Shown piece after piece: positions 38,201 to 50,200 of a stretch of DNA of 64,000 nucleotides. Under the pieces are notes generated by a model that was given only the letters and a program-made list of their open reading frames with translations, did not search any database and had not been told where the DNA came from. Position numbers and translations under genes: made by a program. Origin of the DNA: Amoebophrya sp. A120. Its lineage: Eukaryota; Protista; Dinoflagellata. Where the stretch lies: positions 13,093,295 to 13,157,294 of the forward strand of contig CAJINV010000002.1 of NCBI GenBank assembly GCA_905178155.1, given 5' to 3'. Position 1 is the stretch's first letter. The number at the start of each line of letters is the position of its first letter.

Positions 38201-41200
38201 CGCACCCGTACCTGATCCCTACGAGGAACCAGGTTCTGAAGCACTTCGGATTCCACTTCCGTGACGGGAGAATTGTCATTGCCAAAAACAAGCCGCTCCG
38301 TGGACAGCCCCAGGAGTGGGAGGAGGAGAAATTGAAGGGTAAACACGGTTCAATTGATCCTGGGGTACTGAGGTGGATTAACGAACAGTATTCCAGATTG
38401 AATTCCAACCCGGATTCAGGCTCGACGAGAACACAGGCTCCGGATGCTTCGGATCAAATGAAAAAATGGTGTAAGGACAATGCGCAGCTACTGCTGGACA
38501 ACTTTTCTGCACTTTTTGCGCAACTCAATATTCAAGATGTCCGACCTGCCACTGAATTTTTGCTTCGGTGGAAGACCAATCCTGCGGAACTTACTTCGGA
38601 CCAACAAGCGGTAGCAACCGCACTTGGCGCGGACATCGAACGTGCCGTCTCAAACGGCACCATGACTCCTGATCCAAGCCAAACCGACTTCGACATTAAA
38701 CCTGGGGCGCCGGGCACCTTCCTGGGACCCCACATCGACAACGCCTCGCGCGACCAGCTGCTGGAGCATCTACGAGATGTATTGTGGGACTACGCAAATG
38801 GCGTTCCAGAAAGCCTGTCAGACCCTGATCCAGCTTTTGTTTTGACGCGCGACGTTTTACAAAAAATTCTCGCTATTCACATGCGCTTCTCAGCCGGGCT
38901 CCCCGTCTTCATATCCGGTGAAACCGGAATTGGGAAGACTGCATTGCTAGAGTACTACGCCAAAGTCAGACAGCAACTCCAGTTGCATGCGCCAAACCAG
39001 GAGCGTCGCACGCACATGGATGGCCAGGGTAGTCCACTCAAATTAATGCGGACTGTGAAAGTGCATGGTGGCGTCGGTCGTGCAGCACTGAATAGCTACG
39101 TGAAGGAAGCACTGCAACTTGCAAGATTTAATGCAAGAAAGGGGGTGCGGGAGACACTACTGTTCTTTGACGAAGCAAACACGTCGTTGGAAGTCGTGTG
39201 GGGGGTGAAAGAATTGATGACCAATGGTCGACTTCATGGTCGTGACCTGCGCAGCGAGTTGGAAGGCACGGAAAGAAATTTCGAAACAGGCGAGCAGTTC
39301 CCGTTCCGCCTGCTTCTCGCAATGGCCTGCAACCCGTACCGAGTGCAGCCACTCGCCGTTCGAAGGCAAATGCACCGCGCTGGACTTGGCTACCGGCACG
39401 CAGCCGAAGAGGTGGAGAGCAACGACTCGCCACAAGACGATCCTGCAGCCCGCGTTCGTCCTATGCGGGACCTAGTGTACCGTGTGGTGAGGACGCCCCC
39501 TTCACTATCCCGAGTAAAAACGTCCCCACCCAGCAGGATTCTGTGTGCTTTATTTACTGTGGTTTTTTCCAGCACAGAAACAGTCCAGAGTCAAATGAGG
39601 AATTTTGCTGCACAAACCATCACGTCTTGGCTGTTCCGCATGACAACTTAAAGTTTGGGCTTCCAAAAGCATAATCGCGCTCAGCGTACTAGTAAAGCTG
39701 CCCCACCAAGTGGCCATCTTATCCTGATTGCGGCATGACACCTGGCACTGCCAGACCGTATTTCGAAAAGCTCCTCGCGTCGCTACGCATGCGAAACATT
39801 TGAGTATTGTACGTAGATTTGCAGGCCAAGCCTGGGGTGGGGACGTTGTTACGCAGAATAATCCTTGAGAGACAGCATATTCGAGTTTGGTTCTCTCCCT
39901 GAAGACGCCGAAGCGGATTACGCCCGCCAAATCATCCTGCGACGTATCCAATCTATGCTGCTCGATGGACGACTTCGACCTGCTCCGAAACCCTCTCTGA
40001 GCCGCGCGCAGCGAGACACAGTCAGCGAAGGTAGTGGTGGTGATTCGGAGACCGCGCAAGTGGTGCTGGATCAGGAACAGGTCTGGCGTGATATGGTGCT
40101 GGAAATTCAGAAGTTAAGAAAAGATTCTGAGAAAGGAGAGAACAAGATCCGTGACATCGAGCGCGATGTTTTTTTATCGGTAGAGGACTCCGCTGCACCC
40201 CCTTCCGGCACGGTGGCGGCCGTCGCAGAGTCAGGACCAGCGGGACCCGTTGCTGCTGCCGCGTCTGAAGGACACGAAACAGCAATCGCTGCTTCATCCC
40301 AACCCCCTGAGGACAAAGAGCGTCTTCTGAAAGGCGCCCTTGCTCGTGCATTTCGGTACTTTCGCGATGAAAGTTATTATGTGAAAAAAGTTATGAACCA
40401 TGCGCATGCCGCAAGGCCGGGCGTCGGGGGCGCCAATCACGGCACTGCTGCTTCCCAGGCCGAGCACACCAACGAGCAGGAGCCAACTCCACCCGTTGTT
40501 ACCGATGCCGGCACTAACGATGCAGGGCAAGCAGAGCCAGCACCCGCGCTTCCGGTCCAGCATAATAGCGACGAACAGGAGGCCGCTGACATATGCATTG
40601 CAAATATGTCTGAACCCAAAAACCTATGACTGATGCTCCATTACGGATGGTTGCAGCGCTTGCAACGGCAGCCGAACATGACAAGCTTTTCGAACGCTTT
40701 GTGATGCCTGGCACGCATTGCAAATTGCGCTTTTGTATGAAAAAGGAGGTTTTGCTTTCGCTGCTCCGGCAGCGCTGGTTTTTCCGCCCTTTGAGATGAA
40801 ACACGCATTACTACTTTCAGTTTTCGTTTTCCAGACCCAGACGTATTTGCATTCGATAGGGCAGTGACAACAGCAGTTTCCGGTTAATCCCGGTTGCTCT
40901 GCGGCAAAGTTTGTCGGAAATGTTCCACTGCTTTCGGAATGATTTCAAAATATTCGAGGACTACGTCGCTGCAGAGGTCGAGAAGCATGGCCGACCCGCA
41001 CTCCACGAGCAGTTGCAATTCAGGGAACCACATGCAGCCGCCGCAGGCCAGAATTTGGGCGATGGGACAGGAGATGCTGGCACACCCGGTTTACAGCAGC
41101 GGGAAACCAGGACTGTTCCTACCGGCGTCATTAATATTCCGTACGCTGAGCTGCTGGAGAACAAAGCCTTGTGTTTTTACTGGCGCGAGGGTTACGCCAA

Positions 41201-44200
41201 CAACAGAAGCTCAGCGGCTCTGCTGCGTCGCATTCTCTACACGTTTACCGTCGAACAGGTAACAACCCACAGGATCCTGAGCCAAATATTGAACGTTCAT
41301 CAATTCATCCGTGGGAAGGATCCCAATCCCGAGGGCGGGAACCGAACGGTGCTCAGAGCGGTTAGCCTGCGTGATGTGGAGCGTTTCATGGATCTCACTG
41401 GCTTTTTCGCGGAGCGACTGCAGTCCCCGACCTCGTACTTGAGGCAGAAGTACTTCGAAAATATCCACCACCGCTTGATGGAGGATTTTTCGGAAGATGC
41501 CTGGGAATCGCAGTCGGACGTGTATCTCGCCGAATACCCCCCCTCCACCGGCCGCCTGAGATTCTCTACCCTGGCGGAAGCGAAGAGAGAAGCAGCTCGC
41601 GTGCCAGATTGTGGAGGGATCACACAGAGGTGGCCGCACAATGAGTTCGAGCTCCGTATCAACTTCAAATATGTCTGATTCTGGAAAAGGGAAAACACAG
41701 AAGTTTGTCATGCATAGCGATGGCACACAGGATCTGGAGTAAGTATGCGCATGAAACCAAATTTCACAACTCTTGCGAGGGAAGCTTTATTGCAATGCTT
41801 ATTGTGCGTAAGAAATCCTCTCTCGAGGTGCGCAGAAACAGTTTTTGCTACTCGTGCAAGACGGATCTTTGTAATTGTATGACTGTCAGAGGGCGTAGAA
41901 ACATCAATCAAAAATGTTATGGAGCACGACGAGGCTGCACCTTTCCCGACGCAGACATATCTGCAGTGGATACCTCGGGCGGGGACAGAATTTAAGGTTT
42001 CACCTGTCGGAGAAAGGAGTTGGAAGAAACCTTCTCAACAACACGGTGCAGACACTGCTCAACCTGGAGACGCAATGGAAGTCGACGACGAGGGACAAGG
42101 AGCACGGGTCCGCGACGTTGGCGGTGCCGCGGGACCTTCAGAAGTACCTGCTGCCAAGGGGGTTGCCGCGATTCAGTTGCGAGTTAGCGACCTCGCCTAT
42201 GCCAAGGCAAATCAGTTGATCAGCGACGCTGTTCCCTTGGGCTTGCACTTCGCGTATTTCCTGAGCCTTCCCGTCCGTAAGCGAATTCAGTTTCTGGCCG
42301 AAAACAGCATATTCGTTCCCGGCGAATTGGAGTAGTTCGAGCGCGCTACGGCTGCTCTCAAGGAAGTTTTCAGAGCAGATCTGGCTGACTACCTCGCAGA
42401 ACGGCGCCTGGCGCCAAACGAAGCGCTCTTGGAGAACGTAATGCTGTTGGCCGTGTGTGCGCAGTTGCGCATCCCGGTGTTCATCGTGGGAAAGCCCGGC
42501 AGCTCGAAATCGTTGGGCAAGGCTATCGTGCAAGATGTTATGACGGGAAGCTCTTCGCCTGTCCCGCTCTTTCAGCGAGATGAGGACTTCGGTCGGTTAC
42601 GCGCGCAACAAATGTGGCTTTGGGATGGATGGTGTCAAATGATTGATTATTTGAAGCACCATAAAGAATTACGTTTGGGCATGATGCGATACTACATAAC
42701 AGAGCATGGTGGAACTACATTTGGCAACATGACGATTCTCTTCTCAAGAACGAGAAACAAAATTAACACAAGGCTTGGAATGAAGGTTGTGAGTTCACAC
42801 GCAGTTTTTCTTTAAGGAGAACCCACAGATTGCCCATCCGTGCGAGGAAAGCAGTAGCATTGTGTTGCAAGACCTCTGACTAGTGAATGAAAAATTTTGT
42901 ATCTCCGCTCGTGCTACTACTAGCAATTGAAAAAATAAATTTGTGAGGCAGAACTGCGATACGAGCCGCGCTGTCAAACTTGCTTCTGTCTCACTTTCCA
43001 CTGTGACGCTCAATCATACCAATCTCCATGCCACGCATTTTGCACCTCTAATGCGAACGGCATTTCAGACGAATCAATGCTCCCCGCACTCCACAGCAAA
43101 ATCAATTCTGGACATTTTTCAAAAGGCGAGCATGGTGCAGCAGCAACTCGTGCAGAAAGCAGTGACCGAAGTGGCAGCGGAGGGCGCACAAGCAGAGGGT
43201 TCTCGCCAGCAAGAGCAGCCCTCATCTGGCCTTGACGAAAATTGCGATGCGAGCTGCGCAGCAAGCGTGACACCAGCTTCGCAAAAAGAAGCCGGTCACG
43301 CCCTCGAGTTGGAACGCATTACCCAGGCCGAGCTCCGTAAAGAGATTGCCGTCGTCGTTCTGGACGAGGTCGGGCTCGCGGAAGAGAGTCAGCATCTTCC
43401 TCTGAAAGCTCTGCATCCGCTTCTCGAGACGGGAATCTCTCCGGACGGCCACTTCGGCCAGAGAATCACGGACAAGGTGGCCTTTATGGGTCTGTCGAAT
43501 TGGAATCTGGATCCCGCCAAGATGAACCGCGCGATTCTGGTCATGCGCGAGGAACTCAATCGTGCGGAGATGATCCGCACCGCCCGCGCCATCTTCCGAC
43601 ACGAAGGCAGCCTTCTTTTCGGTGCGGCGGCCCAAAGAGATGCAGGCGAGCAGTCGCCGGGCACCTCGTCTGAGCGAGACAGACTCATTGAGTCCATCGT
43701 GGACGGCTACAGAGCGGTTGTCGGAGCCGTAGATGAGGAGGAGGACAACGAAACGGAAAGCGGGATGGAGGAGGACGGCGAAAATGGCGCCGAAAGCGTG
43801 GATGGCGCTGCCGGCGTCGGAGGGACACAGCGTGAGGGGCGCGACGCTGCTACGTCTTATGGCCTGCGTGATTTCTATTCTTTTGTCAAAATGCTCGACC
43901 AGCGTGCTGCCGAATGGAATAGAGATAACGCCTCCTCCCTGGTCCCGCCCGACATTTTGCAGAAAGCTAAGCTCGACGCGTTGGCGTACTGTGTGCGGCG
44001 CAACTTCGGGGGAATCTCGGCTGAAATGGAGAATATGGCGCAGGCCCAGCTGCTCCATCACCTAAATCGCGGCACCGAGCCTGTTGCTGTTGAAGGTGCG
44101 GAGGCGGCAGAAAGCGGACAAGAGCAGCTGAGCCACGAACATCTAGATGGCCTTAAACTTGACGCGCTTCTGCAAGATAACCTTCAACAGCCCGACCCTG

Positions 44201-47200
44201 ACGGCAAACACCCAGTCCGCTACCCACTCATTATGCCTCGCGGCAAGACCACAGGCAGCTTGGGCGTGGTAAATGTGTTGCAGGCGAAAGGCATTCTCGA
44301 GAAAGAGGTAGCGATCGTGTTTGGGAGTAGCTTTCCGGAAGATGGGTCTCTTGCGTTCCTGAATCGCTGCATTGATAAAGTCAAGCATGGACTCGAATCT
44401 GGCGAAGTGGTTGTGTTGGTAAACGCTGCGAAGATTTACGAAGCGGTGTATGACGCCCTTAACCAGTACTACACGGTATTTGCCGGGCAAAAGTACGTCA
44501 ACCTGGGCCTCGGTAACGACCACACGAAGGTGCAAGTGGCGAGCACAGCGAAGCTGGTTATTTTGGAGCCAGAGCCGCACTTACTGGATACCCCTCTGCT
44601 GAATCGCATGGAGAAGTACGGTCTCTCCCCCAAAGATCTACTGACTCATGAGGAGAACGAAGTTCTTCAATCTGTCAGACTGAAGCTACGAGCTTTCATC
44701 CCACAACACATGGTGCTCGCACCGGAGAAGATTGCGCACTTTTCTGCTGACGAGACATTACCGCTGCTTGCCATGGAGGAGTTGGTCACGCAGCGCAATA
44801 AAATGGCTCTCATGATGAAGGCGTCGACGACACGTTCTTTGAAAGACGCCGCTACAGAAAGCTCCATCAGGCGACTGTTTGAAAACATGTACCCCGATAC
44901 AGTCATAGCAGTCCTGCAGCAGAGCTTTTGCCTTGCAAGTTCGCGTGCAAAAGAGTGGTGGCTGGTGCATCAACATCGATCAGCAGGACAAGAACTGAAG
45001 ATGCAACAGAAGCCGAGCTTTGAACGAGAACTGTATCGGACGTATTTTGGTGACCCGGAAAAAGCGGAGGACACACGCACACTGGCGGATCTCCTTCTTG
45101 CGCCCCTGGAAGAACACGCTTCGTCGCCTTCCTGGGTCAGCACTCACAGTGTCATACTCGACTCTTCAAAGCGCCAACTCGGTGTAGCTGCCGCTTCTGC
45201 AACTGCAACGCCTACTCCTCTCGTGGGGACCGCGGCCAGGACCGGCGCGTCCGAGCACGGGACTGCTCCTGACCCCGGCCCGCCAACGCGCGTGAATGTG
45301 CAGCGCGTTCAAATAACAACCTTCTCCAGTGCCCTTAATCCGAACTACGTGGGCAGTTTGATGGGCCTGAAGCAACTACGAGTCGACTTGCGAAGTCTTC
45401 GAGAGGTGCGTGCGTCCGCTGATCTATCACATATTGTGTGGGTGTTTTTGCGAGAGTCCCACGAAAAGCACTATAAAAGCCTTCGAAAAAAGCGCTCTAC
45501 CCGTACGAGCAAGACCAGGCGCCACGTCCTTTTGCTGAAAGCGGACCCCGACACGGTGCACCTGATCGAATCCGCGCGACACGCCCTCGAGGCCGACCTC
45601 GAGCGCTTCTTCCAAGAGCACAGAGCAGATGGTCCCGTTTCTGACGAGCCTGGCGCGGGCCGCACTGTGTTACCCTCGGACCGTGCTACCGCGGTCTTGC
45701 GATCGGCTCCCAGTGCTGGCGCGGGTTTAGGGTTTGCGACCAGCGTGCCAGGAGGTAGGGCACACAGCACCGACTTCGCCGCTCCTTTCCTGTCCACTCC
45801 TGTTGGTCCACTCGTGAGCGCGCACGAGGAGCCGTTGGACATATCGATCGTGTTCTTGGTCCAGCTAACGGGCGCTGTCGACAGCAACGCTACAGTGCCG
45901 TACGTAGTGCAGCCAAACGGATGGCGCGTGGCTCATCTTGACGATGCTTCCGTCAGTGGTGAAGACGCCACAGGTGACGGCCAGATTCTACCCAGTCTAA
46001 AGAAGCTCATCCAGCTTCGCACTATGTCGAATGTCTTACGTGAAAGCATCGTGGATAGTGGTGAACCCAAATTGTTGACGTCCCTACTGCAACGGGTCCT
46101 CCATGGCGCGGTGGTCGAGATGAGTGACCAAGCAGGATTGCAGCGGAACACGGGGCAACAGACGGCCGCGCAGGCCGCGAGAGATTCTCCTGCATTCCTT
46201 CTGAACTCTTTGCTCAAGCTCGCAGATAAAAACTCCGAGGTCGGCGCGACATTCGCGAAGTTCGTTTTTAGCCAGGTCGCGACTCAGAACACCAGAAAAG
46301 ACGACGAGAAATCGTCTTGGTTGGTCGCCGCCGCAGAAAAGCGGACGAAAAAAAGGAAAACTGTCGTCGGAGGTAGTGGCAGCCTGCGGGCCGCTGTGAA
46401 TATTACTACAACGACATTTCACAACGACCTGGAATCTTACTTCCTTGACGAGCTGGCAAAGCGCGTCGGGAGGCTATTGGGCCAGCTCAATCGCAATGGG
46501 AACTTGTTGCTAAACATCTCGTCCATGGTTCGCGGCCAGGTGTCGAATCCAGCAGAGCCTTTGAGTTCTCAGGGCGTCGTTGGCGGAGTCGCGCCTCCAT
46601 CTTCCGGCACCGCAGAGGCAGTTGGACCGTCTGCACTTTCGCCGGAGACCCAGGTGCAAAGTGACCGAAGAGCCCTATTCTTCGCATGCACCAAGCTGCT
46701 CCAGTGGGGAAATTCGAACACGGCGCAGTCGAACGACATCGCGGCAACTACAGCTGTGGAATCGTTACGATTTCCATTTTTTGCACATGTTTTTCAGCAC
46801 CTCAGTGATCAGTTCGAGACACTGGCTCGCCGGAACCTGAACGCAGGTCGCAGGAACGACAGCGAGGTTGCAAGCCTGTATAGGTCTTTTCGAGCCATAG
46901 TTTCGGAGCTGAAAGTTCCCAAGCTGCCCCTTTCCTCGCAGGGCGATATGCCGATTAACGAGGAACTCGCAGTCGATCTTTTCATCGGCGACCTGACAGA
47001 AATGATCGTCGCGGGAGAACGCGACGTGCGGGAAGCTCTGCGACCTGTAGAAGATAGGCAGGGGCTGCTGGGACAGTTGCTCAGAGGTGAAGCTATTGCA
47101 CTGAATGAGCATGGTGCTAAAACCAGCGAGATCGGAGCAGGAGTAGGAGGAGAAGGAGGCATAACCACCGGCGTCCGAGACATCACGCTGCAGGAACTAG

Positions 47201-50200
47201 TTATGAAGCTCGCGGATCATGTATTTGTGTACCGTCTCTTCCTTGATGACTTGCGCGCAATCGCAATGTACCTCGGATTCCTTCGTGTCACCGTAGGTGA
47301 ACAGGTGAACTTGTTGAACGACCCAGAACCGCAACAGGCCGGAGTGGTGGGCGAGAAGGGAGCAAAAGGGCAAAAACAAAAAGAAGCTTTGGCGGGGCGC
47401 CACCGACCGCAACAAAAACCCCAAGCCGCAGCATCACCTCGCGACCATGGCCAGACCGATCCCCGCGACCGCCTCAAGGCCTGGCGAAAGGAGCTCGCCA
47501 GCCGTGTGTTGCGGAACCTTATGAAGGCGGACGCTAAGCAAGATCCTGCGTGGCGCGACCGCACTCGAGACTCGCTAGTCCTGCATCCCCTCAGCATAGC
47601 CCACGATCACATCGCGATCGCCGCGATTGTGTCGATTGTCCCAACCGGTTCCGCGTCCTCCGCACAAAATGCTCAGCCTGATATGAATGCCTTGATGAGC
47701 GCCTATCCCCACCGTTTTGAGGAGCTGTTGGCATTCCATACAACCCGCATGGAGCAGCTATTCAAACTTCTTAGCAAGGACTTGCTTCCCGTTGGCGATG
47801 GCGGGAATGTTCATACCCCCAGAGCACTAAAGTCGGAATCGATGCACCCGACGCGGCAACGGACAATGTCGACGACCGGCAAGAACGACGATGCCCAACC
47901 GTTGGGGGTGATGATGCGGAAATTCGAGTTCTGGTTGCAATTTCATCTGTGGGCGTTTCTCCCCGGCCTGCGCGCCGCTGTTCCCCCGCAGACAATCTTG
48001 GGCAGCGAGGACAATGCAACTTCCGCCGAAAAGGAAGCAGAGTTGGAGCTTAGTAAGTGGGCTGTGTTTCTGCACACAACCACCCACGCTCAGCGGACGC
48101 AGGCATCCTCCACAGGCGCGAACGCAGGACGCGACGCGGCTACATTGTCTCGCGTGCTCAAAGGATATGATACAAATGGAGTGCTCATTATGCTTGGCCC
48201 CATGCTCACCCTCGCCATCAAATTCTGATGCTTACTTAAACACTTACTTATCGTGCAATTCGCGAGGCTCTCGGTCGGGTAGAAGTGGAGCAGATGCTTG
48301 ATATGTTGTAAGCTCGGGACAGTTCTAACTGGATGCAAACAGAGTATCAGTTTTCTATGAAGCCCAGCTTCCTGGCTGAAAAGTTCTGGTGCCAGCTGTC
48401 ATGCAAAATGGAGGCTGGACCTTCACCTTCCCGAGTGGCGATTTCCACGTAGTGGTTGTTTTCATTTTATTCGAAGTTGTAACTCGGCTCTCATTAAGCA
48501 GGCACAGAGCTAATAGGCGTGCTCATTTCAAATTAGGTGAGGGCAGCATGGCGTTTTTTGAACAGGATATTGATCGATATGGAAAGTGACCCAAAAGTTG
48601 TTGTCCGGCTTTTCACGACGTTAGCCGATGTTGCCCTACACAACGCGCATGACAGCCGTGAAAGTGGCAAGGCGCAGGTGAAGGAGACGGTCTTTCCGCC
48701 CAGCATCTTGCGAGAGTTCTTTGCTCGCTTGTTGTCCCTCGGCGAGAAATCTCGCCCGCTGCTTGAATATTTGGTAAAGAACCCCAAAGCTGTGTGCATG
48801 CTTCTTGAACGGATGGAAGACGAGGAAAGCGGTTCCCTCATGCGTTTGCTGACCGCGAAAATCTTTCTCGAAGGTCTGCACGATAGTACTGTACGACGCA
48901 CTCGCAAACCAAACGGCTCGGATAATTCACAACAATGTTTCGGGTCAGCTAGTCGAATAAGATGGGACGCCGAAGAGAGCGAAGAGAGCGACGGGACCAG
49001 CAGCGACAGCGATATGGACGAAACGATCCACGACGTTTCCGCATTCGAGTACTTCGTGAAAAAGCTGCTCGAGCTTCTCAAAGCCGGGCAGACACGACTT
49101 GACAATAGTCTGCAACAACAAAGTGGACCGCGTAACCCGCGGCTCTTCAGTAAGTTTGTGCAAAGCGCCGTCTATCGATTCAAATACCGCAACCGCGCCC
49201 ATTCTGGATGGGGATATAGTATGAGTGAATGTTTACAGGAAATTCTTGGCGCCACTGACTCAAGAAACACATTTATGTCCTCGTGAAAAAAAAGCCATTT
49301 GCGCACCGCCAAAAGATATGAATGCATGGGCACCGAAAGCAAACAGTTTGGGTTTGCTCTTGACAGGCCTTTTTTGTGCCGCTAATCTCTATTTAACTGC
49401 AACGCAGCACATTTTCCCAAATGTTGAATGGGTGCTCTTTTCCATTTGATACAGCTTCAGAGGCGTACGAGCAGGAGTATGCGGCGCAAAACGCATACCT
49501 GAGAGAAAATGGCTAGCATAGGCACTGTATCCGTGACCATGGATGTACAACAATACAACGAGCACCACACTTCGACAGAAATGTGCCTGCATAGGCTCAT
49601 CAACTACACTTATTTCTAATGGCCGATGCCGCTGCGTATGCAATCTTGTATATACAGGTCTACTGTGCTAGCTCTTTTCTCAGTGATAAGCGCCACCTCC
49701 TGCGGCCCACGAGGCACGACAATTCATCCAACAGCCTTGCGGTGCACCTAACGAACATTCAAACCGCGCTAGCCCAACTAAACGAGCAGGTCACACACAT
49801 TCCCTCAAGCCAGGTTCTCAAATTCCAGGCGCAATTGCACCAAGGATCGCTTGCAGTAGCGGAGGAGCTTTTGCAACAGAAGCTGGACTCTAACCTGAGC
49901 GCCTTGCCATCTGCTTCCGAGAATGGGGAGCAAAGTTTTTTGGCTGACGAGGCCCGTCAGCTCTGGCAGGATCGCACGTACGGACGGGCCCTGCAGGGGC
50001 GCATTCTCCGCCTGATTCGAGAAAAAAGCGACCTCAGTTTTTTGGTAAATTTACTGCAAAGGAATGACTGGCTTGCAGTGGGAGTACTAGACGAACGAAA
50101 CAAAAATGGCGCTACTGCTGCTGCTGTGGTGCCGGATGTGTTTGGGGGAATTTTTCATGTAGCAGCGGACACAGCATGCCCGGCCGAAAACGTAAACTAT

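Larger units (their letters stand above)
35983..44620 (+). other. AAA+ core motifs of the RNF213-like protein
   Basis: Walker A-like SEDAGGGKS 35983-36009; Walker A GETGIGKT 38917-38940 with Walker B LLFFDE 39157-39174; Walker A GKPGSSKS 42489-42512 with Walker B VVVLDE 43351-43368. Confidence 0.93.

Noticed and set aside
43222-44061. Long minus-strand ORFs (43222-44061, 58381-59118, 691-1389, 37725-38408)
   Set aside because: Antisense shadows of GC-rich + strand exons with no recognisable motifs.
44921-44955. CTTTTGC/GCAAAAG hairpin with DR AGAG
   Set aside because: Spacing of 31 nt is out of frame and the stem is short enough to be chance.
47600-47643. Hairpin with DR CCCA as a hidden micro-intron
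   Set aside because: DR spacing of 40 nt would frameshift; no independent support.
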